A stretch of 64,000 bases of DNA from Spirochaetia bacterium (GTDB lineage: Bacteria; Spirochaetota; Spirochaetia; DSM-2461), in the NCBI GenBank assembly GCA_963666985.2, contig CAXXIA010000001.1, positions 1,344,001-1,408,000 of the forward strand, read 5' to 3'. The position numbers and the translations under genes are program-made. The notes beneath the pieces were generated by a model, which was not told where the DNA came from, ran no database searches, and worked only from the letters and a program-made list of their open reading frames with translations. Shown here piece by piece: positions 38,045 through 46,845 of this stretch. The first letter of the stretch is position 1. Every line of letters starts with the position of its first letter.

Positions 38045-39301
38045 CTAATCCATATTCGGATAAAATTCGGAGATTCTGTTTCGTCCCGTCCGTTTTGAAA
38101 CGTACATGGCATGATCGGCCCGACGGATGCATTCGACGGGATCATCGGACCAGAACTCCGATCCTAATACTCCAATGCTCATGGAAACGGATTCGGATCC
38201 TTCCCAGTTTCCCAATAACGCCGGAAGCCTGCCGCGGAAATCATCCATGATATCCTGCGCGATTTTCAAGGATTTCTCTTTCGTTCCGTCGGCAAGAAGA
38301 ACCAGAAATTCATCTCCTCCGAATCTGGCTGAAACATCCGTTTTTCGCATATGAGACTTCAGAACCGAACCGACTTCCTGAATTAAAGTATCCCCCACAT
38401 GATGCCCAAGCTCGTCATTGACCGATTTAAAATGATCGATATCGATGAAAAATATAAAATCCTTCGAAATATTTCGGGATAAATACGCGATTCTCTCCTG
38501 AATCCTTCTGATAAAATACATTCGTGTAAAAAGTCCGGAGAGACTGTCGGACATAAGATCATGCTGCATTTCGTCGTTTTCTCTCCGAACCCGTATCAGC
38601 TCTTCGTGCCGCTCTTCAGCCACCCCGGCGTTATATATCGCAAGACACAGAGCCATAACGATGGAACCGAATGTCATTACCGTCGGAGCATTATGGAGAA
38701 CAGCGGCAAAAATTCCGTTAAAAATCGTTTCCAGGAACCAATATGAGAAACCGATGATTAAAGGCATTATCTGATGCCGTTTCTTTTTGTTCGGAATGAT
38801 GACAATGATGAACCGAACCAGAATAACACCGCAGAAGAGGAAGATTACCATTAAAAAAGGAATGAAATAGGGGCCCTTTAAAACCGTTGAGGTTTCTCCA
38901 TCGGGAAGAAACTCAGGAATAAAAAGCCCTTCCCAGGGAAGAAAAATAATCCCTACAAGCACTACGGCGGCGATTCGAAAAAGCCAGTCGAAAAAACGGC
39001 TTTCCCAGCCGGCGATTTCCCTCGCCACAATATAACATGAAAATACGGTCGCGGCCCCTCCGGAATAACAAATCCTCGTCCAGAAAAGCACCCAGCCGAC
39101 ATCGGTTCCCGACGAATACATCGAATACCCTAAAAGGTAGAGAAAAAGAGTCGTTAAAAAACCGGAAAGAGCGAGAACCATCCGATCGCTGCTGATAACC
39201 AAATAGTAAAACAGATGGTAAACGGCGAATGCCAGGGTAATCGCCGCGCTTATGAAACTTATGGCCGTATTGAGATGAATCGAGTAATAAGGCAAAATCA
39301 C
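38045..39301 (-). CDS. Seven-TM diguanylate cyclase
   Basis: About 7 hydrophobic helices; DIDHFKSVND..GH..GD; RKTD I-site; intact GGDEF. Confidence 0.93.
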   Translation of the reverse strand: MILPYYSIHLNTAISFISAAITLAFAVYHLFYYLVISSDRMVLALSGFLTTLFLYLLGYSMYSSGTDVGWVLFWTRICYSGGAATVFSCYIVAREIAGWESRFFDWLFRIAAVVLVGIIFLPWEGLFIPEFLPDGETSTVLKGPYFIPFLMVIFLFCGVILVRFIIVIIPNKKKRHQIMPLIIGFSYWFLETIFNGIFAAVLHNAPTVMTFGSIVMALCLAIYNAGVAEERHEELIRVRRENDEMQHDLMSDSLSGLFTRMYFIRRIQERIAYLSRNISKDFIFFIDIDHFKSVNDELGHHVGDTLIQEVGSVLKSHMRKTDVSARFGGDEFLVLLADGTKEKSLKIAQDIMDDFRGRLPALLGNWEGSESVSMSIGVLGSEFWSDDPVECIRRADHAMYVSKRTGRNRISEFYPNMD

Positions 39302-39490
39302 CTCCGGATTCCTGTAATTATAGTTCTTCCGTGATGATTTTCCCGCCGGCTCTCCGTTTCGAATCGGAGGGGTTTCGGCCGTCGGATATAAGCACTTTCA
39401 CGGATTATAAGATTGCCTTACCAAGCTAACGATTTCTGGAAAAAAATCCGTTATGCAACAATACTATAAGTCTAAGGCTGTCCGAAAACT

Positions 39491-41725
39491 ATGGAAAAAA
39501 ACGACGCAACATTCCAGTTCGCGCAAGAAGAGAAAGCGGTTGATCATCTCGAAAACATCGAACCTTGGACCTTCCTTATTGTCGACGATGAACCGGAAGT
39601 GCACCATGCAACCGAATTTTCATTTCGCGATGTAACCATCTTTAACAGACCCATTACTCTTCTCAATGCTTATTCGGCCTCCGAAGGGGCTGAGATTCTC
39701 AAAGAACACCCGAACGTTGAAATCGTTTTTCTCGACGTCATCATGGAAACCGATAACGCGGGTCTCGAGCTGGTAAAAACAATTCGGGAGCAATTGAAGC
39801 TCTGGAAACCGCGAATCATTCTCAGAACGGGGCAGCCGGGTCTTACACCCGTCATAGATACCATTACTCGTTATGATATCAATGATTATGTCACAAAAAG
39901 CGAACTGACCCGCTCCCGTCTCCTTACAATCGTAATTGCTTCACTGCGTGCATGGCTGCAATTGGATAAAATCGAAACGAACCGGCTGCGATTGGAAAAA
40001 ATGATCCATTACAGCGGTGAATTAATCGGAAAATCGGTACTGGAAGACTTCGCGGAAGGGGTTATTTCACAAATCGCCGGATTCCTTTCGCTGAGGCCGG
40101 AAGGGATCTTCTGCGCGGAAGAAACCCATGACGAATCGAATGACCATGATATCGATCTAAGGCACTGCCGCATCGTGGCGGCGGCCGGTCAGTTCAAACC
40201 GCTCATTAATCGAACTCTTGTAGCCGTTCGCGATAAAAGCATCCTTAATGATTTATACAAAGCTTATCGTCTCGGACAGCCGCATATAACACCCAGAAGT
40301 CTGACGCTTTTTTTCAGGGAACCCTCCGCCGGGAAACGGTACGCCGTATGGATTCGGCTCTCCGGGACAATACATCCTCCCGATTCCGGGTTGCTGAATC
40401 TGTTTGGAAGCAACATTATCCTGGCGATACGAAATATTGAGCTTGTCGACAGATTAAAAAGGCAGGCATGGGAGGATTCTCTTCTGGGTCTGCCGAATCT
40501 GGCGGCCTTCCATCAGCATATTTCACAACTGAAGAATCAATCCGGCACTTGGATTGTGGCCGTACAGGACGTGGATCGGTTCTCCCAAATCAACGATACG
40601 TTCGGACACGAATACGGGAATATGCTCCTGCAGGCCATCGTGGAACATAACGGAGGCATTCTGAATCCGCGTGTTTTCATAAGCCGTATCAGCGCCGATG
40701 TTTTCGCGTTCATCGGACCGGAAGAAACACTGACGAACCGGATTCTGGATCAGCTCACGAAGGCTCATCTGGTCATTGAAAAGACGGAGCACTATGTAAC
40801 GTTCTGTGTCGGATCGGTCCGGATTAATCCTCAAAACGACGAACGGGAAGCTTTGAAAAACGCTTCACTGGCACTCAAGCGCGCAAAATCCGAAGGGATT
40901 GGAACGCGGATAGAATATTCGGAAGCCATCGGGATGGAAATCAGAAACCGCATAAGACTTCTGACCGATCTGCAGGCGGCCTTCGATAAAAAACAGCTTT
41001 TTCTCGTTTTTCAGCCGCAATTCCGAATATCCGACAAAAAAGTCGTGGGCTTCGAAGCCCTGATTCGCTGGAGAATCGAAGACGGTTCTTTTATCAGTCC
41101 GGAGATTTTCATTCCCCTTGCCGAACAAAGCGGAATCATGTCCGATCTCGGTCTGTGGATTATTCACCAGGCTCTGAACGCCCACCGGAAAATCCGCGAT
41201 TCGGGGCACCCCGGACTCAAAATGGCCATCAATGTCTCGCCGATGCAGCTTTCCGAACCGGCATGTCTGACGCAGCTGGATGAGGCACTGGAAGAAATGA
41301 AGATTTCTCCGGAAGAAATCGAGCTTGAGATAACCGAATCCGTCGCCATCATCGGAACCGAAAGAATCTTGAGCCTGTTTAACGCGATTCGATCCCGCCG
41401 CATCAGTCTTGCCGTCGATGATTTCGGAACCGGGTATTCTTCCCTGGGCTCCGTCGATCAATGGCCCATCGACCGTTTGAAGATCGATAAAACCTTCATC
41501 CAGAAAATCGGTGAAGGAAAAAATGATACGCGTATTATTGAAATGATTATTCCCATGGCAAAAAAGCTCTCCCTTATAACTCTTGCCGAAGGAGTGGAAA
41601 CAGAAGAGCAGTTTCTGCGGTTAAAAGAACTCGGATGTGACGAAATTCAGGGCTTTCTTCTGGGAAAACCGATGGTTCTTCCGGATCTTCTCGAATGGAT
41701 GAATAAGGACGTCGTCGAACAATGA
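39491..41725 (+). CDS. REC-DUF3369-degenerate GGDEF-EAL c-di-GMP phosphodiesterase response regulator
   Basis: IVDDE, LDVIME, LRTGQPG; GGDEF replaced by SADVF; EAL, DDFGTGYSS and AEGVE intact. Confidence 0.92.
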   Translation: MEKNDATFQFAQEEKAVDHLENIEPWTFLIVDDEPEVHHATEFSFRDVTIFNRPITLLNAYSASEGAEILKEHPNVEIVFLDVIMETDNAGLELVKTIREQLKLWKPRIILRTGQPGLTPVIDTITRYDINDYVTKSELTRSRLLTIVIASLRAWLQLDKIETNRLRLEKMIHYSGELIGKSVLEDFAEGVISQIAGFLSLRPEGIFCAEETHDESNDHDIDLRHCRIVAAAGQFKPLINRTLVAVRDKSILNDLYKAYRLGQPHITPRSLTLFFREPSAGKRYAVWIRLSGTIHPPDSGLLNLFGSNIILAIRNIELVDRLKRQAWEDSLLGLPNLAAFHQHISQLKNQSGTWIVAVQDVDRFSQINDTFGHEYGNMLLQAIVEHNGGILNPRVFISRISADVFAFIGPEETLTNRILDQLTKAHLVIEKTEHYVTFCVGSVRINPQNDEREALKNASLALKRAKSEGIGTRIEYSEAIGMEIRNRIRLLTDLQAAFDKKQLFLVFQPQFRISDKKVVGFEALIRWRIEDGSFISPEIFIPLAEQSGIMSDLGLWIIHQALNAHRKIRDSGHPGLKMAINVSPMQLSEPACLTQLDEALEEMKISPEEIELEITESVAIIGTERILSLFNAIRSRRISLAVDDFGTGYSSLGSVDQWPIDRLKIDKTFIQKIGEGKNDTRIIEMIIPMAKKLSLITLAEGVETEEQFLRLKELGCDEIQGFLLGKPMVLPDLLEWMNKDVVEQ

Positions 41726-42834
41726 AACGATATTCCGCATTCCTGATATCCGCATTCTCCGTTCTCCTTCTTTTTTCCGGATGCAAAGCGCGGCAGCCGG
41801 TTCGCATCGGCCTTCTGGCCTCATTCTCGGGTCCCATGGCCAATATCGGAATCGACGCGAGAACGGCGGCACTCCTTGCTCTGGATGATTTTCAGCGGGA
41901 GAATGAAAAATTCACCATTGAAATCATCGAATACGATGACCAAGGATCCGAAGTTTTCGCGCGATTAGGTGCGAAGAAATTAATCGGCGACGGTGTGGCG
42001 GCCATCATCGGTCCTTTCACTTCACAGACGACAATCGCCGCCATGACCGAAACGGAAAAAGCGAAAGTTCTTCTTCTCTCACCCACGGCCGCGGATTCCA
42101 GTCTTCTCGGGAAAAACGATTATCTGATCCGCATGAACAGCACGGCAAAGGAGTACGGTTCCATCTATGCGGATCAAGTGGAAGGAACTGAAAAGAATAA
42201 ATCAATTACGATTCTCGCCGATTTTTCCAACAAGCACTACACTCAAGATTGGATCAGCGGATTTACGGACCGTATCCGGACCTTCCCCGGCGAACATCGG
42301 GTTGCCGTCATCGACTTTAATTCCCAGGCGGAAACATTCACTCCGGAAAACTTATCCGTACACGCCCTGAAATCAAAACCGGAGTCGATCATCGTTATTT
42401 CCGAAGCCTTTTCAACCGCCTTAATCCTTCAGCAGATACGGAAGCTCGATCAAAACGTGATTCTCTATTCCTCCGAGTGGGCCGTCGGTTCCCTGAACGA
42501 ACTCATCGCCCAAAGCGGCTCCTCCTTAGAGGGAGTCATCATGTTCTCCACACAATTCATTCCCGACAGCCGCAATCCCAAATATTTGGGATTCGTGGAA
42601 CGATATACCAAGCGATTCGGCTCAAAACCGAATCCCATGGTTGTTGTTACTTATGAAGCTTTTTCGATCGTTTTTCAAACACTGGCGGCGGGAATCGAGC
42701 CGGAGAATCTCGCCGGTGCCATCATTAACGGCGGACCCTATCAAGGAATCCAGCAAACGATTGAGTTCGACGAATTCGGTGATAGAATTACCCATCCGAA
42801 ATTTCAGGTTATCGGAGGAAATCCAATATTCTAA
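41722..42834 (+). CDS. LivK-type (branched-chain amino acid family) substrate-binding lipoprotein
   Basis: Lipobox LFSG-C; RIGLLASFSG, YDD.G, IIGPFTS, LLSPTA, FDEFGD. Confidence 0.9.
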   Translation: MKRYSAFLISAFSVLLLFSGCKARQPVRIGLLASFSGPMANIGIDARTAALLALDDFQRENEKFTIEIIEYDDQGSEVFARLGAKKLIGDGVAAIIGPFTSQTTIAAMTETEKAKVLLLSPTAADSSLLGKNDYLIRMNSTAKEYGSIYADQVEGTEKNKSITILADFSNKHYTQDWISGFTDRIRTFPGEHRVAVIDFNSQAETFTPENLSVHALKSKPESIIVISEAFSTALILQQIRKLDQNVILYSSEWAVGSLNELIAQSGSSLEGVIMFSTQFIPDSRNPKYLGFVERYTKRFGSKPNPMVVVTYEAFSIVFQTLAAGIEPENLAGAIINGGPYQGIQQTIEFDEFGDRITHPKFQVIGGNPIF

Positions 42835-44786
42835 ACCGTCTTGCTCCTCAAAATTTCTTATCCCGGATTCTACTGATTATCATCATAACACTTCTGCTGA
42901 ACGCGTTTATCACGGGATCGATTATTTTTGCCACCCGATTCGCCGTTATCAGCCAAGAGAGCCTGGAGTATGTGCTCGGTACGGCCAAGGTATATGAAGA
43001 TCATGCCTATTCCTTTTTGATTTCAATCGCCGAGAAAATCGAACTCTATACGATAATGGCGGATCAAATCCCCGAAGAAAACGCTCTCTCGATTCTTAAA
43101 AAAATGACGTTCGAGAACCCCTTTCTTCAGGCCCTCTATATTCTGGATGAAGAAGGGCGTGTTCTTTCGGTTGAACAGAACTATGTTTCAAAATCCCGTC
43201 AGACGGAACTTTACGGAACGGATTTCTCCAGTCTGCCGATCATCAGAGAATCTCATGTTTCACCTCTGCCCGTTTGGAAAAACAATTTTACATCGCCCTT
43301 GGCAAGAGATTCATCTTTAGCCGTTGCTTCAACTTATAACAAAAGAACGATTCTTGCGGAAATATCTCAAAAGAAATTAATTGAGTGGATGATTGAAACA
43401 AAAGAGCAGCATGTGGGATGCAGAACGCTGATTCTTGACGATTCCGGCGCCCTTATACTCGACTCCGATAATCCTTATGCGTCGGTTTTGGTCAACAGCA
43501 GCACCATCCAGATATCGCGAACCGCCGCGGATGAGAATGCGATTTTTTCAAAACCCGTCACGATAGGAGGACAGCACTACTTTGTAGACGCCGTTCGCTC
43601 CGAAATGCTGGGCTGGACCTTTTTTTCCATGGAACCGGCCGATATGAGGAATCGCTCATTACGCACGATTCTCATCGATATCGGAGTTTTAACGGGAATA
43701 TCCCTTTTCGTTGTTTTCGTACTCCTTCTTTTCTTCTTAAGACGAATTTCCTCGGAGATTCTATCGCTCATCGGGAATGCCCGTGCCGTAACGAACGGGA
43801 ATCGAAGCGTTACCTGGACTAAAAACGGTATAGCCGAATTCGACGAGCTTGCCGGAGCTCTTCAAACAATGATGGAGATGGTCGTTATCCGGGAAAAAAG
43901 TCTCGAATCACTCAATGAAAAACTGGAAATCCGTGTTGAAGAGCGCACTTCCGCCTTACAGCAGAGAAACAATGAATTGGCTCAGACAATCGAAGAACTT
44001 CGGCAAACCAGAAATGAATTAACCCGGTCGGAAAACCTGGCTTCTTTGGGACGAATGGTTGCGGGCGTGGCGCATGAACTGAATACACCCCTTGGGAACG
44101 GCCTTCTGGTGCTCAATACAATTTCCGACAGTAACGAAGTTCTGGAAACCATGGTGAACGAAGGACTGACTAAACAATATCTGGAGAAACACATCGAAGA
44201 TACTCACACCGGTCTTCAGATCGCCTTACGAAATATTGAGAGGGCTGCCGATTTGGTTTCAAGCTTCAAGAAAGTGGCCGTCGATCAAGCGGGCAATCAA
44301 CGCCGCGTATTCCGGCTCGATGAAATGCTGGATAATCTTTTTATGACTCTTCAACCCACTTACAAACGTTCAAGGCATACCATCGATACCCGGTTTGAAG
44401 AAAACATTGAAATGGACAGCTTTCCGGGAGTTCTCGGGCAAATTATCGGGAACCTCGTTCAAAACGCTCTGCTTCATGCCTTTAAGGATAATGAATCCGG
44501 AACCATAACAATCAGCGCGGAAGCCGATGGAAAAGATGTCGTTATCATTGTCTGTGATTCGGGGCACGGGGTTCCGGGAAAAATCCGATCGAAAATTTTC
44601 GACCCGTTTTTTACAACGGACCACGAAGGCGGCGGCACGGGACTCGGTCTTCTTATTGCTCAAAACGGAGCTGAAAATGTTTTGGGCGGTTCGCTGATTT
44701 TACATAGCCCGAACGAGAAAGGCGGTGCGTCTTTCATTCTCAGGATTCCGATTATTGCTCCGCGGATTGATTTCTCCAACGATTAA
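42828..44786 (+). CDS. Cache/HAMP membrane sensor histidine kinase, probable ATT start
   Basis: [37 protein letters not shown]. The frame is open from 42786 and includes TM1 upstream of the ORF-track start at 42972. Confidence 0.88.
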   Translation: MLNRLAPQNFLSRILLIIIITLLLNAFITGSIIFATRFAVISQESLEYVLGTAKVYEDHAYSFLISIAEKIELYTIMADQIPEENALSILKKMTFENPFLQALYILDEEGRVLSVEQNYVSKSRQTELYGTDFSSLPIIRESHVSPLPVWKNNFTSPLARDSSLAVASTYNKRTILAEISQKKLIEWMIETKEQHVGCRTLILDDSGALILDSDNPYASVLVNSSTIQISRTAADENAIFSKPVTIGGQHYFVDAVRSEMLGWTFFSMEPADMRNRSLRTILIDIGVLTGISLFVVFVLLLFFLRRISSEILSLIGNARAVTNGNRSVTWTKNGIAEFDELAGALQTMMEMVVIREKSLESLNEKLEIRVEERTSALQQRNNELAQTIEELRQTRNELTRSENLASLGRMVAGVAHELNTPLGNGLLVLNTISDSNEVLETMVNEGLTKQYLEKHIEDTHTGLQIALRNIERAADLVSSFKKVAVDQAGNQRRVFRLDEMLDNLFMTLQPTYKRSRHTIDTRFEENIEMDSFPGVLGQIIGNLVQNALLHAFKDNESGTITISAEADGKDVVIIVCDSGHGVPGKIRSKIFDPFFTTDHEGGGTGLGLLIAQNGAENVLGGSLILHSPNEKGGASFILRIPIIAPRIDFSND

Positions 44787-44861
44787 CAACATTCAAATGA
44801 TCGGTGCGCGGGAATCTTTCTCCGGAAAAAACATTTCCGTTTAATCCGCTTAAAAAAGGCC

Positions 44862-44902
44862 CCCGAGGACACGCAACGCGTCTCCCCGGGGGAGGAGGAA
44901 AG
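44862..44902 (-). terminator. Orphan rho-independent terminator
   Basis: CCCCCGGGGAGACGC-GTT-GCGTGTCCTCGGGGG followed by CC and T6 on the minus strand. Confidence 0.75.
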
Positions 44903-44936
44903 ATAAGGCGGGAAAACGGTAAAAAACCGCCTCCCT
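44862..44936 (-). ncRNA. Candidate small regulatory RNA (~75 nt)
   Basis: Own promoter and terminator with no credible ORF; 5' hairpin, CU-rich linker and terminator hairpin. Confidence 0.55.
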
Positions 44937-44941
44937 TATAT

Positions 44942-44990
44942 AGAATACCTCTTATCTTCCCTTCCCGCAAGAATATTGCGATCGTATAAT
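44942..44990. promoter_or_regulatory. Overlapping divergent sigma70-type promoters (candidate sRNA and rsmE)
   Basis: Minus: TTGCGG-N17-TATTCT (44970 to 44942). Plus: TTCCCG-N17-TATAAT (44962-44990). Palindrome CGCAA-N5-TTGCG at 44966-44980. Confidence 0.55.
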
Positions 44991-45000
44991 CGTATCCCAA

Positions 45001-45732
45001 ATGAATCTTATCCTCTTTGAAGAAGAAGAATTGACTCAAGAACTCGGCTGCTCCGACGAAAGGACCGTTCATCTGGAACGGATTCTTAATCTGCATGAAG
45101 GAGATTCGTTCTCAGCCGGAATTATCGGCGGAAAGATTGGCGAGGCTCGATTAATCAGCCGGGGTGCCTCGGGATGGAAGTGGTCTTTTCTTCCGAAATT
45201 CGACAGCCCTTCGCTCCATCCTTTAACCCTTATTCTGGGCTGTCCCCGTCCTCCCGTGGCCCGCCGGCTGCTTAAAGATATGACGTCCCTGGGCTTGAAG
45301 GAAATCCGGGCCTGCTCAACGGATCTTAATGAGAAATCATACCTGACGGCGAAATTGTGGCGCGACGGTCTGTGGAGAGACGCTCTTATCGAAGGCGCCA
45401 TGCAGGGTGCCGCCACGCATCTTCCGGCCATCGGAACATCAGACGGCCTTAAACGGGCATTGGAGAATCTTCCGGTCGGTCCGGAATGCCTCCGCATGGC
45501 TTTGGACAACGGTCCCGATTCGCGGAACCTTTCTCTTGAAAAGGGCGATTGGTCCGAGGCGATTCTGGCCGTGGGACCCGAGCGCGGCTGGAGCGATGGA
45601 GAACGGGAGATTCTGAAAACCGCAGGGTTTGCCCTAACGGCCCTAGGAAAGAGGATTATGCGTACGGAAACCGCCTGCGCCGTCGGAGCCGGTCTTCTCC
45701 TCGCATCATTAGGCGTTTTTCATAACGGATAA
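45001..45732 (+). CDS. rsmE: 16S rRNA m3U1498 methyltransferase RsmE
   Basis: HLERIL.L..GD, EGAMQ, AVGPERGWS..E, LGKRIMRTETA. Confidence 0.93.
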   Translation: MNLILFEEEELTQELGCSDERTVHLERILNLHEGDSFSAGIIGGKIGEARLISRGASGWKWSFLPKFDSPSLHPLTLILGCPRPPVARRLLKDMTSLGLKEIRACSTDLNEKSYLTAKLWRDGLWRDALIEGAMQGAATHLPAIGTSDGLKRALENLPVGPECLRMALDNGPDSRNLSLEKGDWSEAILAVGPERGWSDGEREILKTAGFALTALGKRIMRTETACAVGAGLLLASLGVFHNG

Positions 45733-45803
45733 TCCGGCGGCCGGGAAGAAATGCCCTCGCTTCCCTCTCGCTATTTGGCGAGCAATCGGGTTATTGTGTT
45801 TTC

Positions 45804-46805
45804 ATGAATCACAATGTTGCGATTTTTTGGGACGTTGAAAACGTCAAGCCGTCCAGCTCCAAGAATCTCTTTATCCAAGGCCTCTGGGATTACGCCGAAA
45901 ATCTCGGCCGCGTGGTGAGTGCCTATGCGTACGCGGATTGGAGCCAGCCGGGCTATAAAACACTGGGGCCGGCCCTGGCCTCCCTACATTTCAATATGAT
46001 CCATGTTCCCTTCCGGGGACGTCGGCGCGATAAGAACAGCGCGGATATGCATCTGACCAACGACTGTCTCGATCTGCTCCGCTTCCAGGATCATATCGAT
46101 ATTTATGTTCTTCTTACCGGCGACAGCGATTTCAGACCGCTTGTTATGAATCTCCGGAAAGCCGGTAAAGTCACCCACATCGTCTGCGACATAAAAAATG
46201 CCAGCAACGATCTCCTCCGTCTTGCCGACAGTTTCACCGATTACAGGGATATGTTTCCATCCGAAGACGATGACTCGCAGGAAGATGAGAGCATCAGAAA
46301 AGACAACACGACTTCGTATTCAAAGGAATACTGGTTCGAACGTCTGGCGGAAACGGCCTCCATTCTACGCAAGGAAGAAAAGGGGACCGATCCGGGTAAC
46401 GTGAAGATTACCATGAAGAAGCTCAATCAAGGTTTCGATGAGAAGGCCCTTGGGTATAAAAGGTGGGGCGATTTCATCGCCGGAGCTTCCAAAGCGGGCT
46501 ATGTCGGTGTGGAATCGGATGAAAAGCAGTCCGAAATAATTCCGGGCCGACAATTCAGTCAGGAAAAAGGTTCGCTGCAGATCGCCCTGCGGACGCTTGT
46601 GGAAACACTGAAAGAAATGGATGGGAAATCTCCGGAACCGCAGTTTCACCGCTACGGCGTTGTCAGTTCGAAACTGAGGGATAAAAACATCAATACGAAG
46701 GCTCTGGGATTCAGTCAGTTTAAGAAATTCATTTCCTCTGCCGAGGCACGCGGCCTCGTGGAAACTCAAGTGGAGAAACTGACAAGCTTCGTAAAGCGTT
46801 TGTAA
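45804..46805 (+). CDS. NYN (LabA/DUF88) domain protein with two OST-HTH/LOTUS domains
   Basis: WDVEN, KNSAD, TGDSDFRPL; FDEKALGYKRWGDFI and TKALGFSQFKKFI. Confidence 0.9.
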   Translation: MNHNVAIFWDVENVKPSSSKNLFIQGLWDYAENLGRVVSAYAYADWSQPGYKTLGPALASLHFNMIHVPFRGRRRDKNSADMHLTNDCLDLLRFQDHIDIYVLLTGDSDFRPLVMNLRKAGKVTHIVCDIKNASNDLLRLADSFTDYRDMFPSEDDDSQEDESIRKDNTTSYSKEYWFERLAETASILRKEEKGTDPGNVKITMKKLNQGFDEKALGYKRWGDFIAGASKAGYVGVESDEKQSEIIPGRQFSQEKGSLQIALRTLVETLKEMDGKSPEPQFHRYGVVSSKLRDKNINTKALGFSQFKKFISSAEARGLVETQVEKLTSFVKRL

Positions 46806-46845
46806 CCGGGATGAAAACGGAGACGGTGAACCTGCCGATTCTTAT

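Noticed and set aside
37138..38145. 335-aa ORF as a single gene
   Set aside because: Its 5' two-thirds is antisense to the dCMP deaminase; only 37138..37503 is credible.
42641..42997. Frameshift fusion of the lipoprotein and kinase
   Set aside because: The lipoprotein ends normally after FDEFGD, and the kinase frame has its own SD and TM1; no slippery site is needed.
44804..44989. 61-aa ORF as a type I toxin opposite the candidate sRNA
   Set aside because: Basic and Pro/Gly-rich with no TM helix, and no canonical start follows the GGAGGAGG.
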